Source of the DNA: Actinomycetota bacterium | GTDB taxonomy: Bacteria; Actinomycetota; Actinomycetes; Nanopelagicales; Nanopelagicaceae | Assembly (NCBI GenBank): GCA_009704445.1 | Contig: WLED01000001.1 | Span: 1-32,849, forward strand | DNA: 32,849 nt | Reading direction: 5' to 3' | Part shown: piece after piece, positions 18,010-26,629 of the stretch | How the letters are laid out: every line of letters starts with the position of its first letter | Position numbering within the stretch: position 1 is the first letter of the stretch | Translations under genes and position numbers: made by a program | The notes under the pieces: model-generated | Told to the model about the DNA's origin: nothing | What the model saw: the letters and a program-made list of their open reading frames with translations, nothing else | Database searches by the model: none

Positions 18010-18381
18010 ATGAGATACGAAGCTGTGCGTGTGAGCCTTGGCCGCAGATTTGCTGCCTTGATGCTGGATTGGCTTTCCTGCTATTTCATAATCACGGCAA
18101 TTTCTGGAGGAATTGGCGCAACAGTGCCCAATCGCCCTTTTTACGTCTTGGGTCTTTTCTTTACTCAGATTTTCATTCTCTCGTGGCTTCAGGGTGCATC
18201 TTTAGGACATCGAATCTTTGGAATCAGAATTATTCGCTATGTTGATGGTGGCCCAATTAATGCTCGGCAAGCGTTTATTCGTAGCGCCTTGTTGCTGACT
18301 GTGATCTTTGCAATTACCTTTGATGAAGAGGGAAGAGGCCTACATGAAAGGTTTAGCCAAACAATACTGATTCGAAATTAA
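18010..18381 (+). CDS. RDD family membrane protein
   Basis: 'SLGRRFAALMLD', 'GASLGHRIFGIR' and 'GRGLHERFSQT'. Divergent from glnA, as is conserved in actinobacteria. Confidence 0.9.
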   Translation: MRYEAVRVSLGRRFAALMLDWLSCYFIITAISGGIGATVPNRPFYVLGLFFTQIFILSWLQGASLGHRIFGIRIIRYVDGGPINARQAFIRSALLLTVIFAITFDEEGRGLHERFSQTILIRN

Positions 18382-19052
18382 CGAATCTTTCCCCCACGTG
18401 TTGGAATTGGCCCCTTAGGGATTGGCATCGACATTCCGCCAACAGCTTTTAGGCGTGCACGGACTTCGCGCATCTGGTGAGCTGTTAATTTCTTTGGAAG
18501 TCGACGCATTTCTTTTTGTAACTTCCTAATTGGTACTCGGTTTTCTTCATTACCAATCAAAATCTCTATGACTGGCACCCCAGGTGCAAAGCGCTCTGCT
18601 TTCTTTCGTTCATCACTCATCATCTGCTTTACAGAGTCACTACCTTCACCCGAAATAACAATTCCAGCGCGACCAACACTTCGATGCACCATGTCTTGAT
18701 TACGAGATACTGCTACCGCAGGAGTTGTAGTCCACCCTTTGCGTATGGCCATAAGAACGCTTGCACCTGCTCCCATTTGACCTTCAATAGAAACGTATGC
18801 AGCGCTACCGGCTTGGCGAGTGAAAAGAAGCATTGCAGCCAAGAGTGCTATAGGAAGGAAAACAAAACCAAGATAGACAGGTTGACCGATTGCGATACCG
18901 ATTCCGACTCCGATAGCCCATGTCACAAGAAACGTTGCGATAAGGGCGATTGAAATCCATGGCTTGACCTGTTTGGTTACGGCGTAAGCATCACGGAAGG
19001 TTTGAAAACGAGGTGTCTTGATTTTCTTTTCTTTGGATTTTCTCTTGAACAT
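18378..19052 (-). CDS. DUF4191 family membrane protein
   Basis: Two TM helices, 'QDMVHRSVGRAGIVISGEG' and 'MPIPKGPIP'. Conserved position between lipA and RDD/glnA. Confidence 0.88.
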   Translation of the reverse strand: MFKRKSKEKKIKTPRFQTFRDAYAVTKQVKPWISIALIATFLVTWAIGVGIGIAIGQPVYLGFVFLPIALLAAMLLFTRQAGSAAYVSIEGQMGAGASVLMAIRKGWTTTPAVAVSRNQDMVHRSVGRAGIVISGEGSDSVKQMMSDERKKAERFAPGVPVIEILIGNEENRVPIRKLQKEMRRLPKKLTAHQMREVRARLKAVGGMSMPIPKGPIPTRGGKIR

Positions 19053-19056
19053 AGAT

Positions 19057-19755
19057 TTAGTTTAGTGGAGCCGGCGCTGTTCCACCAAGACGAGCCGGCG
19101 CCCAACGCTGGCCCGCATGGTTATCTGGGTAGGACTTCTGAACTTCATGGAGCATTTCCAGCATTACTTTGCGCAAATGCACTTGTGACTGCTCTACGTT
19201 TGCAGTTGGGGGATAGAAGATTGGATCACCACAAACAACCGAAATAGGGAAGTGGTTTCTTTTGAAGTTGGGCTTTAACCCCTTCGTAATAACTCGTTGG
19301 CTTCCCCAGACTATTGTTGGAATAACAGGGGCCCCCGACTCAATAGCAAGGCGAATGGTTCCAGATTTAATTTCTTTTATTTCAAAACTAACAGAGATAG
19401 TTGCCTCTGGGAAAATGCCAATTATCTCACCCGACTTTAGTGCTCTTAATGCAGCATCAAATGAAGGGCCACCATTGCTTCGATCAACGTTTATATGGTG
19501 CATTCCTCGCATCAATGGACCTGCGATTTTGTGGTTGAAGATTTCTTTCTTTGCCATAAAACGAACATAACGTTTGGTTGGCAATACAGCAGTTCCGGCT
19601 ATTGCAAAGTCTAAATATCCAACGTGATTGATGGCAAGTATCGCACCACCTTTGTGGGGAATGTGCTCTTGTCCTCGGAAGTTAAACTGCAATCCGAGGT
19701 ACTTCCAAAAGCCTTTAACTAAGAAAATAACTGGCGGGTAGACCAGGTCAGCCAC
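19057..19755 (-). CDS. Lysophospholipid acyltransferase (second PlsC-like paralog)
   Basis: 'NHVGYLD', 'RFMAKKE' and 'FPEATIS'. GTG start at 19755 (MADLVYPP) overlaps the lipA end. Confidence 0.88.
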   Translation of the reverse strand: MADLVYPPVIFLVKGFWKYLGLQFNFRGQEHIPHKGGAILAINHVGYLDFAIAGTAVLPTKRYVRFMAKKEIFNHKIAGPLMRGMHHINVDRSNGGPSFDAALRALKSGEIIGIFPEATISVSFEIKEIKSGTIRLAIESGAPVIPTIVWGSQRVITKGLKPNFKRNHFPISVVCGDPIFYPPTANVEQSQVHLRKVMLEMLHEVQKSYPDNHAGQRWAPARLGGTAPAPLN

Positions 19756-20680
19756 GGGTAGCCTTTTTCTCCATTGCTTGTTTGTATAAACGGCCAGCTC
19801 TATAACTTGAGCGAACAAGTGGGCCGCTCATAACGCCCAAAAATCCGATCTCTTCGGCTTCTTGCGCCAACTCAACAAACTCTTCTGGCTTCACCCAACG
19901 CTCGACAGGGTGGTGTGTTTGTGTGGGACGCAAATACTGTGTGATCGTAATCAGGTCGCATCCTGCATTGTGTAGATCACGTAGAGCTTGTGAAATCTCT
20001 TCTCTGGTTTCACCCAATCCTAAAATCAAGTTTGATTTTGTTATGAGCCCAAAATCTTGCGCCATGCCGATAACTTTCAAGGATTTTTCGTAGGTGAAAG
20101 CTGGTCGAATCTGCTTGAAGATACGGGGGACTGTTTCCAAGTTATGAGCAAATACTTCAGGCCGTGTTTCAAAGATTGGATTAAGGAGCGAAGGATTTGC
20201 ATTGAAGTCCGGGGCTAACATTTCAACTCCCGTGCCAGGGTTGAGTTGATGGACCATTCGAATGGTCTCGGCGTAAAGCCATGAGCCTTCATCTTCTAAA
20301 TCATCTCTAGTAACACCGGTAATTGTCGCGTAGCGAAGTTGCATAGAACGCACGGATTCGGCAACTTTACGAGGCTCTTCTCGATCAATTGGAAGAGGTT
20401 TTCCTGTATCGATATTGCAAAAATCGCAGCGACGAGTACATCTATCTCCGCCGATTAGAAATGTAGCTTCTTTGTCTTCCCAACATTCAAATATGTTTGG
20501 ACAGGCAGCCTCTTGGCAAACTGTATGCAGGCCTTCACTCTTAACTAACGCACGAAGACGTGTGTACTCCGGGCCCATGTTGGCGCGAGTCTTAATCCAC
20601 TCGGGTTTACGTTCGATCGGTGTTTGAGCATTTCGAGCTTCGATTCGAATTAGTTTGCGACCTTCTGGTGCCATTGTCAT
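19748..20680 (-). CDS. lipA: Lipoyl synthase
   Basis: '[15 protein letters not shown]' (auxiliary cluster), 'CTRRCDFC' (radical SAM) and 'LVRSSYRA'. Confidence 0.97.
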   Translation of the reverse strand: MTMAPEGRKLIRIEARNAQTPIERKPEWIKTRANMGPEYTRLRALVKSEGLHTVCQEAACPNIFECWEDKEATFLIGGDRCTRRCDFCNIDTGKPLPIDREEPRKVAESVRSMQLRYATITGVTRDDLEDEGSWLYAETIRMVHQLNPGTGVEMLAPDFNANPSLLNPIFETRPEVFAHNLETVPRIFKQIRPAFTYEKSLKVIGMAQDFGLITKSNLILGLGETREEISQALRDLHNAGCDLITITQYLRPTQTHHPVERWVKPEEFVELAQEAEEIGFLGVMSGPLVRSSYRAGRLYKQAMEKKATRG

Positions 20681-21333
20681 GCGCAGAGCTTTCGCAAAGA
20701 TTTCAAAACTTGAGTTTCAACAATGTTCGTAACTTCAGCGACCGTTATCTCTCGCCCTAATTCTTTGTGTAAGGAAGTCACTTGAGCATCTCTAATGCCA
20801 CATGCCACTATCTGGTCATAAGCTTTCAAATCTGGATTTACATTGATTGCAAATCCATGCATGGTTACACCTTTTGCAACCCTTACTCCAATAGCTGCAA
20901 TCTTTCGATCTCCTTGGGAGTCAACAATCCAAACTCCTGAACGTCCTTCTATGCGCAAAGCGCTCACTCCAAGATCGGAACAAACATTTATCAGTGCGCT
21001 TTCAATTTCGCGTACAAATCCAACAACCTCTGTAGGTTCTAAAAGTTTGATGATGGGATAACCAACCAACTGACCAGGACCGTGCCATGTAATTCTTCCG
21101 CCACGATCAACGTCAATTACATTGCTTCCATCTAGAGGGCGCTCAAAATCTTCTGTTCGTCGGCCAGCTGTATAAACCGAAGGGTGCTCTAGAAGCACAA
21201 GGGTATTTTCCCGAATCCCGTTGGCCACATCAGCATGTAACTCTCTTTGTAACTGCCACGCCTGCTGGTACTCCATGGTTTCATAACGAGAGACAGAAAT
21301 TACTTTCTCTACATCAGTTACAAGGTGGGGCAC
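20677..21333 (-). CDS. lipB: Octanoyltransferase
   Basis: '[13 protein letters not shown]', '[18 protein letters not shown]', 'KIAAIG', 'HGFAINV' and 'IVACGI'. Confidence 0.96.
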   Translation of the reverse strand: MPHLVTDVEKVISVSRYETMEYQQAWQLQRELHADVANGIRENTLVLLEHPSVYTAGRRTEDFERPLDGSNVIDVDRGGRITWHGPGQLVGYPIIKLLEPTEVVGFVREIESALINVCSDLGVSALRIEGRSGVWIVDSQGDRKIAAIGVRVAKGVTMHGFAINVNPDLKAYDQIVACGIRDAQVTSLHKELGREITVAEVTNIVETQVLKSLRKLCA

Positions 21334-21361
21334 CCTCTAATCCTAAAGGTAGGCTTGCTCC

Positions 21362-21421
21362 ATGCCCAATCGGGCCGCGCACAGCGACAGTAGAAACCAG
21401 GAAAGGCCCCTAAAATCGTGA
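21362..21421 (+). CDS. Putative leaderless 19-aa uORF (MPNRAAHSDSRNQERPLKS) coupled to the MMPL gene
   Basis: TAGGCT (21350-21355)-N6-ATG. Its TGA overlaps the MMPL GTG (GTGA, 21418-21421). Confidence 0.4.
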   Translation: MPNRAAHSDSRNQERPLKS

Positions 21422-23565
21422 GCACAACAAAGAAAAGCCGTCGTCCACTCGTTTATGCATTAATCGTTATTTTCTTGTGGTTCGGAACAAGCGGTGTCAT
21501 GGGACCTTTGTTTGGCAAGTTGTCTACTGTTCAAGAAAATGACAACTCAGCATTTTTGCCTGATAGCGCCGAATCGACTCAAGCTTCAAAGGTCATAGCG
21601 CAGTTCAATGACTCAGAGAATCAGAGCCTTCCAACACTCGTTCTATACCGAGGCGAAATTGATGCTGAAAAAATTGCAGGATTAAACATCCACCTTGCTC
21701 AACTTGGAGCAAAAAATATTGGTACGAGTGATGTTCCCATATCCACCTATTTAAATCCCGGAGAACAAATCTTTGCCATCCCATCACCTGATGGCGAAGC
21801 ATTACTGGTAACACTTCCTTTTAGCGCAGATGTTGCTACTGATTTGTTGCCAGACAATAAACCAGTCTTACCTGAACTAATTGAAACCTTACGTGAAGAT
21901 GCAATTGAGTATGCAAGCTCAAATGGCCTAGTTTCAAATGTAACCGGTATTGGTGCAATCTTGGGTGATCTCTTTGGAGCATTTGAAGGGATTGACTCTT
22001 CCTTGTTGTTTACAACGTTGATCGTTGTTGCTCTGATTTTGATCGTTGTTTATCGTTCACCTGTCCTTTGGATTCTTCCACTCTTTTCAGCAGTCATTGC
22101 ACTTTCAACTGCCGGTGGATTCATTTATCTGTTAACAAAAAATGATGTGATTGATCTCAATGGCCAGTCCCAAGGAATTCTCTCCGTTCTAGTTCTCGGT
22201 GCGGCGACAGATTATGCGTTGCTATTAATTGCCAGATACCGTGAAGAACTTCACCACTTTGATACGCCATTTAATGCAATGAAAGCTGCCTTAAAAGGTG
22301 TGGTTGAACCAATCGTTGCATCCGGTGCAACAACAACAACTGCGTTGATGGTCTTATTGCTCAGTGATCTTTCTGGAAACAGAGGTTTAGGGCCAGTTGG
22401 CGCAATCGGAATTATATGTTCGGTGATAACGATATTAACTTTGTTGCCAGCCTTGCTTGTTGCATTTGGACGATGGGTCTTCTGGCCACGCATTCCTAGA
22501 CATGATGACGTTAACTCCCAACTAGATGGTTCATGGGCAAAAGTTGGTGCACTTGTGGCAAAACGTCCTCGAAAACTCTGGATTGGTACAGCAATTGGTT
22601 TGACAATTTTGGCAGGATTTTCCACAACCTTGAATGCACGAGGATTATCTTCTGTTGACCAATTTACTCAAAGACCAGATTCTGTCGTTGGCTTGGAATT
22701 CTTGGGTGAACATTTCCCTGGGGGATCAGGACAGCCAACAGAGGTTGTTATTAAACAAGAACAGATTGCTCCCATTACAGCGGCTTTGATGCAGGTTGAT
22801 GGCGTTGCATCTGTAGAACCTTTGCGTAACGCTCCCGCAGTTCCTGGTCAACCACCGGCTGAGATCAAGATTGTCGATGGGAAAGTCATTCTTAACGCAA
22901 CTCTTTCACTCAATCCGGACAGCGTAGAAGCTCGAGATGTAGTGCCAAAAATCAGAGATGCGGTGCATGCAATCGATCCAGGGATTTTAGTTGGTGGTTC
23001 AACGGCTGTTGCCTTTGATACAGATGTTGCTGCAAATCACGACAATCGGACTATCATTCCAATAGTCTTGATCCTGATCACGATTATTTTGGGTCTATTG
23101 CTGCGAAGTATTTTTGCAGCCGGACTTCTGCTGGGCACTGTTGTTTTGTCCTATTTTGCAACTCTCGGCGCATGCCAATTAGTTTTTGAGCATATTTTTG
23201 GATTCAAAGGCGCAGACACTTCCTTCCCACTATTTGCCTTCATATTCTTAGTTGCTCTTGGAATTGACTACAACATTTTCCTAATGACAAGAGTGCGAGA
23301 AGAAAGTGCAAAAATCGGCACACGTGCTGGAGTGATCAAAGGATTAACTGTGACAGGTGGCGTCATCACCTCTGCAGGAATCGTTCTGGCTGCAACATTT
23401 GGTGTACTCGGCGTATTGCCACTTGTCTTCTTGGCACAGTTGGGATTTGCAGTTGCCTTTGGTGTTTTATTAGACACGATGATCGTTCGAACAATATTGG
23501 TTCCAGCTATGGTTCACGATATTGGCGGAAAAGTATGGTGGCCTTCTAAATTACAAAGTAAGTAA
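21418..23565 (+). CDS. MMPL (RND superfamily) transporter
   Basis: Two MMPL repeats; 'GAATDYALLLIARYREEL', 'ALGIDYNIFLMTRVREE', 'TGGVITSAG', 'GVLLDT.IVR' and 'WWP'. Confidence 0.94.
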   Translation: MSTTKKSRRPLVYALIVIFLWFGTSGVMGPLFGKLSTVQENDNSAFLPDSAESTQASKVIAQFNDSENQSLPTLVLYRGEIDAEKIAGLNIHLAQLGAKNIGTSDVPISTYLNPGEQIFAIPSPDGEALLVTLPFSADVATDLLPDNKPVLPELIETLREDAIEYASSNGLVSNVTGIGAILGDLFGAFEGIDSSLLFTTLIVVALILIVVYRSPVLWILPLFSAVIALSTAGGFIYLLTKNDVIDLNGQSQGILSVLVLGAATDYALLLIARYREELHHFDTPFNAMKAALKGVVEPIVASGATTTTALMVLLLSDLSGNRGLGPVGAIGIICSVITILTLLPALLVAFGRWVFWPRIPRHDDVNSQLDGSWAKVGALVAKRPRKLWIGTAIGLTILAGFSTTLNARGLSSVDQFTQRPDSVVGLEFLGEHFPGGSGQPTEVVIKQEQIAPITAALMQVDGVASVEPLRNAPAVPGQPPAEIKIVDGKVILNATLSLNPDSVEARDVVPKIRDAVHAIDPGILVGGSTAVAFDTDVAANHDNRTIIPIVLILITIILGLLLRSIFAAGLLLGTVVLSYFATLGACQLVFEHIFGFKGADTSFPLFAFIFLVALGIDYNIFLMTRVREESAKIGTRAGVIKGLTVTGGVITSAGIVLAATFGVLGVLPLVFLAQLGFAVAFGVLLDTMIVRTILVPAMVHDIGGKVWWPSKLQSK

Positions 23566-23573
23566 AGGAAAAA

Positions 23574-24590
23574 ATGACTCTTAAAGTCGGAATCGCAGGA
23601 TACGGCTTAGCAGGTCGGTACTTCCATGCTCCTTTGCTCAAAGGCTGTGGCTTTAATGTTGTTGGCGTTCTAACAACAAGCAAAGAACGTAGCTCCCATG
23701 CGCTTTTGGATTTTCCGAATACAAAGGTTGTCGGTTCAATTTCAGAGTTAGTTCAACTCGATATTGATCTCTTGGTTGTTGCCTCAGCAAATTTAGTTCA
23801 TGCCGAGCAGGCTCTGACAGGGATAAGCAAAGGAATTCCAGTGGTTATTGATAAGCCCATGGGAAGAACAGCCCCAGAGGTTCAGCAGATTATTTCTGCT
23901 GCCAAATCCAAGAATGTCGAAGTCACGACGTTTTTCAACCGACGCTGGGATAGTGATGCATTAACAATCAAGAAAGTCTTAGCCAGTAACACACTAGGTG
24001 AGATACATCGACTGGATTCGCGTTTCGAACGTTTTAGACCAGAGCTTAATCCTAATTCTTGGCGAGAAAGTATGAGCGCCGAGCAAGGTGGAGGCCAGTT
24101 ACTTGATCTACAACCTCATTTGATTTCTACAGCAATTGATTGGTTTGGGCCAGCTAAATTGGTTACTGCATCGGTACGTTCTTTGAGGTCAGGTTCAGAT
24201 GACGATTCGGTATTGGTTCTTCAGCACGAATCTGGTGTCGATTCTTATCTTTCGGCTAGCGCATTAGTTGGTGCACCAGGTCCACGAATTCGAATACTGG
24301 GAACCAAAGGCGCACTTGTCATTAATGATTTAGATCCGCAAGAAGCGTTTTTGCGTGCTGGAAAATTTCCTGAAAATGGAACGTGGACGATTCCAACAAC
24401 CTCTGAGGCATTTATTCATCGTGGTGACGAGATTGAGAGAATCGAATCAGTTCCGGGTAATTATGGTCATTTCTATTTGCAAGTTGAGCAGGCAATTATT
24501 AACGGTGCTCCATGGCCAGTTTCAACTAATGATGCGCTACTCGTAGCACAAATAATCGATCAAGCAAGAGAGATCGGGGAACGTGGCTAA
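23574..24590 (+). CDS. Gfo/Idh/MocA family oxidoreductase (YhhX/IolW-like)
   Basis: 'GIAGYGLAGRYFHAP', 'VVIDKP', 'NRRWD' and 'GGGQLLDLQPH'. Confidence 0.88.
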   Translation: MTLKVGIAGYGLAGRYFHAPLLKGCGFNVVGVLTTSKERSSHALLDFPNTKVVGSISELVQLDIDLLVVASANLVHAEQALTGISKGIPVVIDKPMGRTAPEVQQIISAAKSKNVEVTTFFNRRWDSDALTIKKVLASNTLGEIHRLDSRFERFRPELNPNSWRESMSAEQGGGQLLDLQPHLISTAIDWFGPAKLVTASVRSLRSGSDDDSVLVLQHESGVDSYLSASALVGAPGPRIRILGTKGALVINDLDPQEAFLRAGKFPENGTWTIPTTSEAFIHRGDEIERIESVPGNYGHFYLQVEQAIINGAPWPVSTNDALLVAQIIDQAREIGERG

Positions 24591-25746
24591 AGTTCCAGAA
24601 GTTTTGATCATCGGCGCAGGTCTTGCCGGTCTAAACGCGGCAATTCACTTGCAATCTCGTGGCGCCAATGTGCGCATTGTCGAGTCCTCAGATCGTCCAG
24701 GGGGAAGAGTTACAAGTGATGTGATTGATGGATTCATCTGTGATCGCGGATTTCAATTAATAAATGCTAATTATCCGGCTTTAAAAGAGTTGAATGTTGT
24801 GAAAGAGATTGATTTTGTAGTTGCACCACGTGTAATTGAAGTAGCGATGGATACAAGCCGTCATTTGATTGGTGATCCCCGAAATGCATTTCGCTCAGCA
24901 TTTGATTCAACATTGGGTTCACTGTTTGAAAAATTCTCCCTATTAGCTTTTGTTTATGGAGCAACCGCCAAAAATGAGCCTCTTTCCAATGCGCTCATAC
25001 GATGTGGCTTAACCTATGAAAGGGTGCTACGTCCCTTCCTGCAGGGTGTTTTCCTGACTGATCCGAAGAATGTGGATGCCAAGTACGGCCAGCAAATACT
25101 TCGAAGTTTTGTCTCAGGTTCAATCGGAGTACCAAAAAATGGGGTAGGACAACTTTCTTACGCGTTAGCAAATCAAGTTTCAAACATTTCATATAACGTT
25201 CAAGTAGATCGTATTACTGATGGCAAAGTCCACAGTTCAGATGGCGTTCTTACAGCAGATAAAATTGTTGTTGCTACTGATGCGACAACAGCTGCGCAAC
25301 TTTTGGGAATTGGTCAGGTCCCAAAAATGGCTGGTTGTATTACCTGGTATCACGCAGTTGAGGATAATCCTTCGGGAACTGGCCGATTAGTTGTGGATGG
25401 ACTCAACAGAGGACCGATAATCAACTCAGTTGTTATATCTGACATCTCCACAAACTATGCACCTAGCGGAGCCCATTTAGTTTCAACAACTACTGGTTTA
25501 AGTATTACAGAGTCGGATGTACGCAGACATCTAGCGCAAATCTGGTCTGTGCCAACACATAATTGGCAGTTAATTGCCAAGTATGAGATTCCGACCGCTT
25601 TACCAATTCAAAACCCAGGTAAAGGTTTATCGCAAGAGCTCAAAATTAATGATCAACTCTATGTTGTAGGAGATCACAGGATGGTTCCATCCCAGCAAGG
25701 TGCCTTGTTTTCCGGACGACTTGTAAGTGACTTAATCTTTAACTAA
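24583..25746 (+). CDS. FAD-dependent oxidoreductase (amine oxidase / protoporphyrinogen oxidase-like)
   Basis: 'IIGAGLAGL', 'GGRV', 'DRGFQL' and 'GDH...SQQGALFSG'. Confidence 0.85.
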   Translation: MAKVPEVLIIGAGLAGLNAAIHLQSRGANVRIVESSDRPGGRVTSDVIDGFICDRGFQLINANYPALKELNVVKEIDFVVAPRVIEVAMDTSRHLIGDPRNAFRSAFDSTLGSLFEKFSLLAFVYGATAKNEPLSNALIRCGLTYERVLRPFLQGVFLTDPKNVDAKYGQQILRSFVSGSIGVPKNGVGQLSYALANQVSNISYNVQVDRITDGKVHSSDGVLTADKIVVATDATTAAQLLGIGQVPKMAGCITWYHAVEDNPSGTGRLVVDGLNRGPIINSVVISDISTNYAPSGAHLVSTTTGLSITESDVRRHLAQIWSVPTHNWQLIAKYEIPTALPIQNPGKGLSQELKINDQLYVVGDHRMVPSQQGALFSGRLVSDLIFN

Positions 25747-26628
25747 TTCAGCTAAAGCTTCTGAGATATGTGGATAATCCCAAACAAATCCTGCGTCTTG
25801 AAGAGCTTGTGGCATGACTTTCTTTGAACCTAGTACCTCCGAAGAGAATCCACCCAAAGCAATTTTTAATGCAAAGGCGGGCGCTGGAAATAATGCCGGG
25901 CGATGCATGGCGCGAGCTAAGGCAGATGTAAATTCCTGATTTGTAACCGGATTTGGAGTTGTAATGTTGACTGGACCAGAAATGGGATTTTCAAGAGCAA
26001 ACACTATTGCTCTAATTTGATCATGCAATGTAATCCATGACCACCACTGTTTTCCGCTCCCTAGCTTTCCGCCAAGACCAAAACGAAACAGAGGAAGCAT
26101 TTTTCCTAGTGCGCCACCTGTGGGATCTAGAACTAAACCGGTACGCAGTTTTACTGTTCGCACCCCAACAGCTAAATCCGCTGCTGCTTCCCATTCGCGA
26201 CAGACAGTGGCAAGAAAATCATCCCCAAAGCGATCGTTTTCAACAACTGCGCGATTTCCACTTTCCCCGTACCAACCAATTGCTGATGCCGAGATAAATA
26301 CTTGAGGTTTCAGTTCTGCTACAGCGGCTGCGATAGCTGTTGTGCCCAAAAGCCTTGAATTTAAAATCTCAGCTTTGTATTTTTTATTCCAACGCTTGTC
26401 ACCAACTCCTACTCCAGCTAAATGAATGACTGCATCAACACCATTGAGTGGTTCTAGGTCAACAAATCCTGTCGTTGGATCCCATTGCACTTCATCAGAA
26501 GAGATTGGAGTGCGGCGAACTAAACGTTGGACCGAATGACCTTGTGACTTTAAATGCCCAACTAAAGCACTGCCAATTAATCCTGAGGCTCCAGTTACAG
26601 CAATACGTTGAGCGGTGAACTTGACCAT
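25732..26628 (-). CDS. TIGR01777 family NAD-dependent epimerase/oxidoreductase
   Basis: 'VTGASGLIGSAL', 'HLAG', 'SASAIGWYG', 'CREWE' and 'GSGKQWWSWI'. Confidence 0.92.
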   Translation of the reverse strand: MVKFTAQRIAVTGASGLIGSALVGHLKSQGHSVQRLVRRTPISSDEVQWDPTTGFVDLEPLNGVDAVIHLAGVGVGDKRWNKKYKAEILNSRLLGTTAIAAAVAELKPQVFISASAIGWYGESGNRAVVENDRFGDDFLATVCREWEAAADLAVGVRTVKLRTGLVLDPTGGALGKMLPLFRFGLGGKLGSGKQWWSWITLHDQIRAIVFALENPISGPVNITTPNPVTNQEFTSALARAMHRPALFPAPAFALKIALGGFSSEVLGSKKVMPQALQDAGFVWDYPHISEALAELVKD

Positions 26629-26629
26629 A

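Noticed and set aside
17961-18245. 94-aa Trp/Cys-rich plus-strand ORF
   Set aside because: Alternate frame over the well-supported RDD gene; it starts inside the GlnR-box region.
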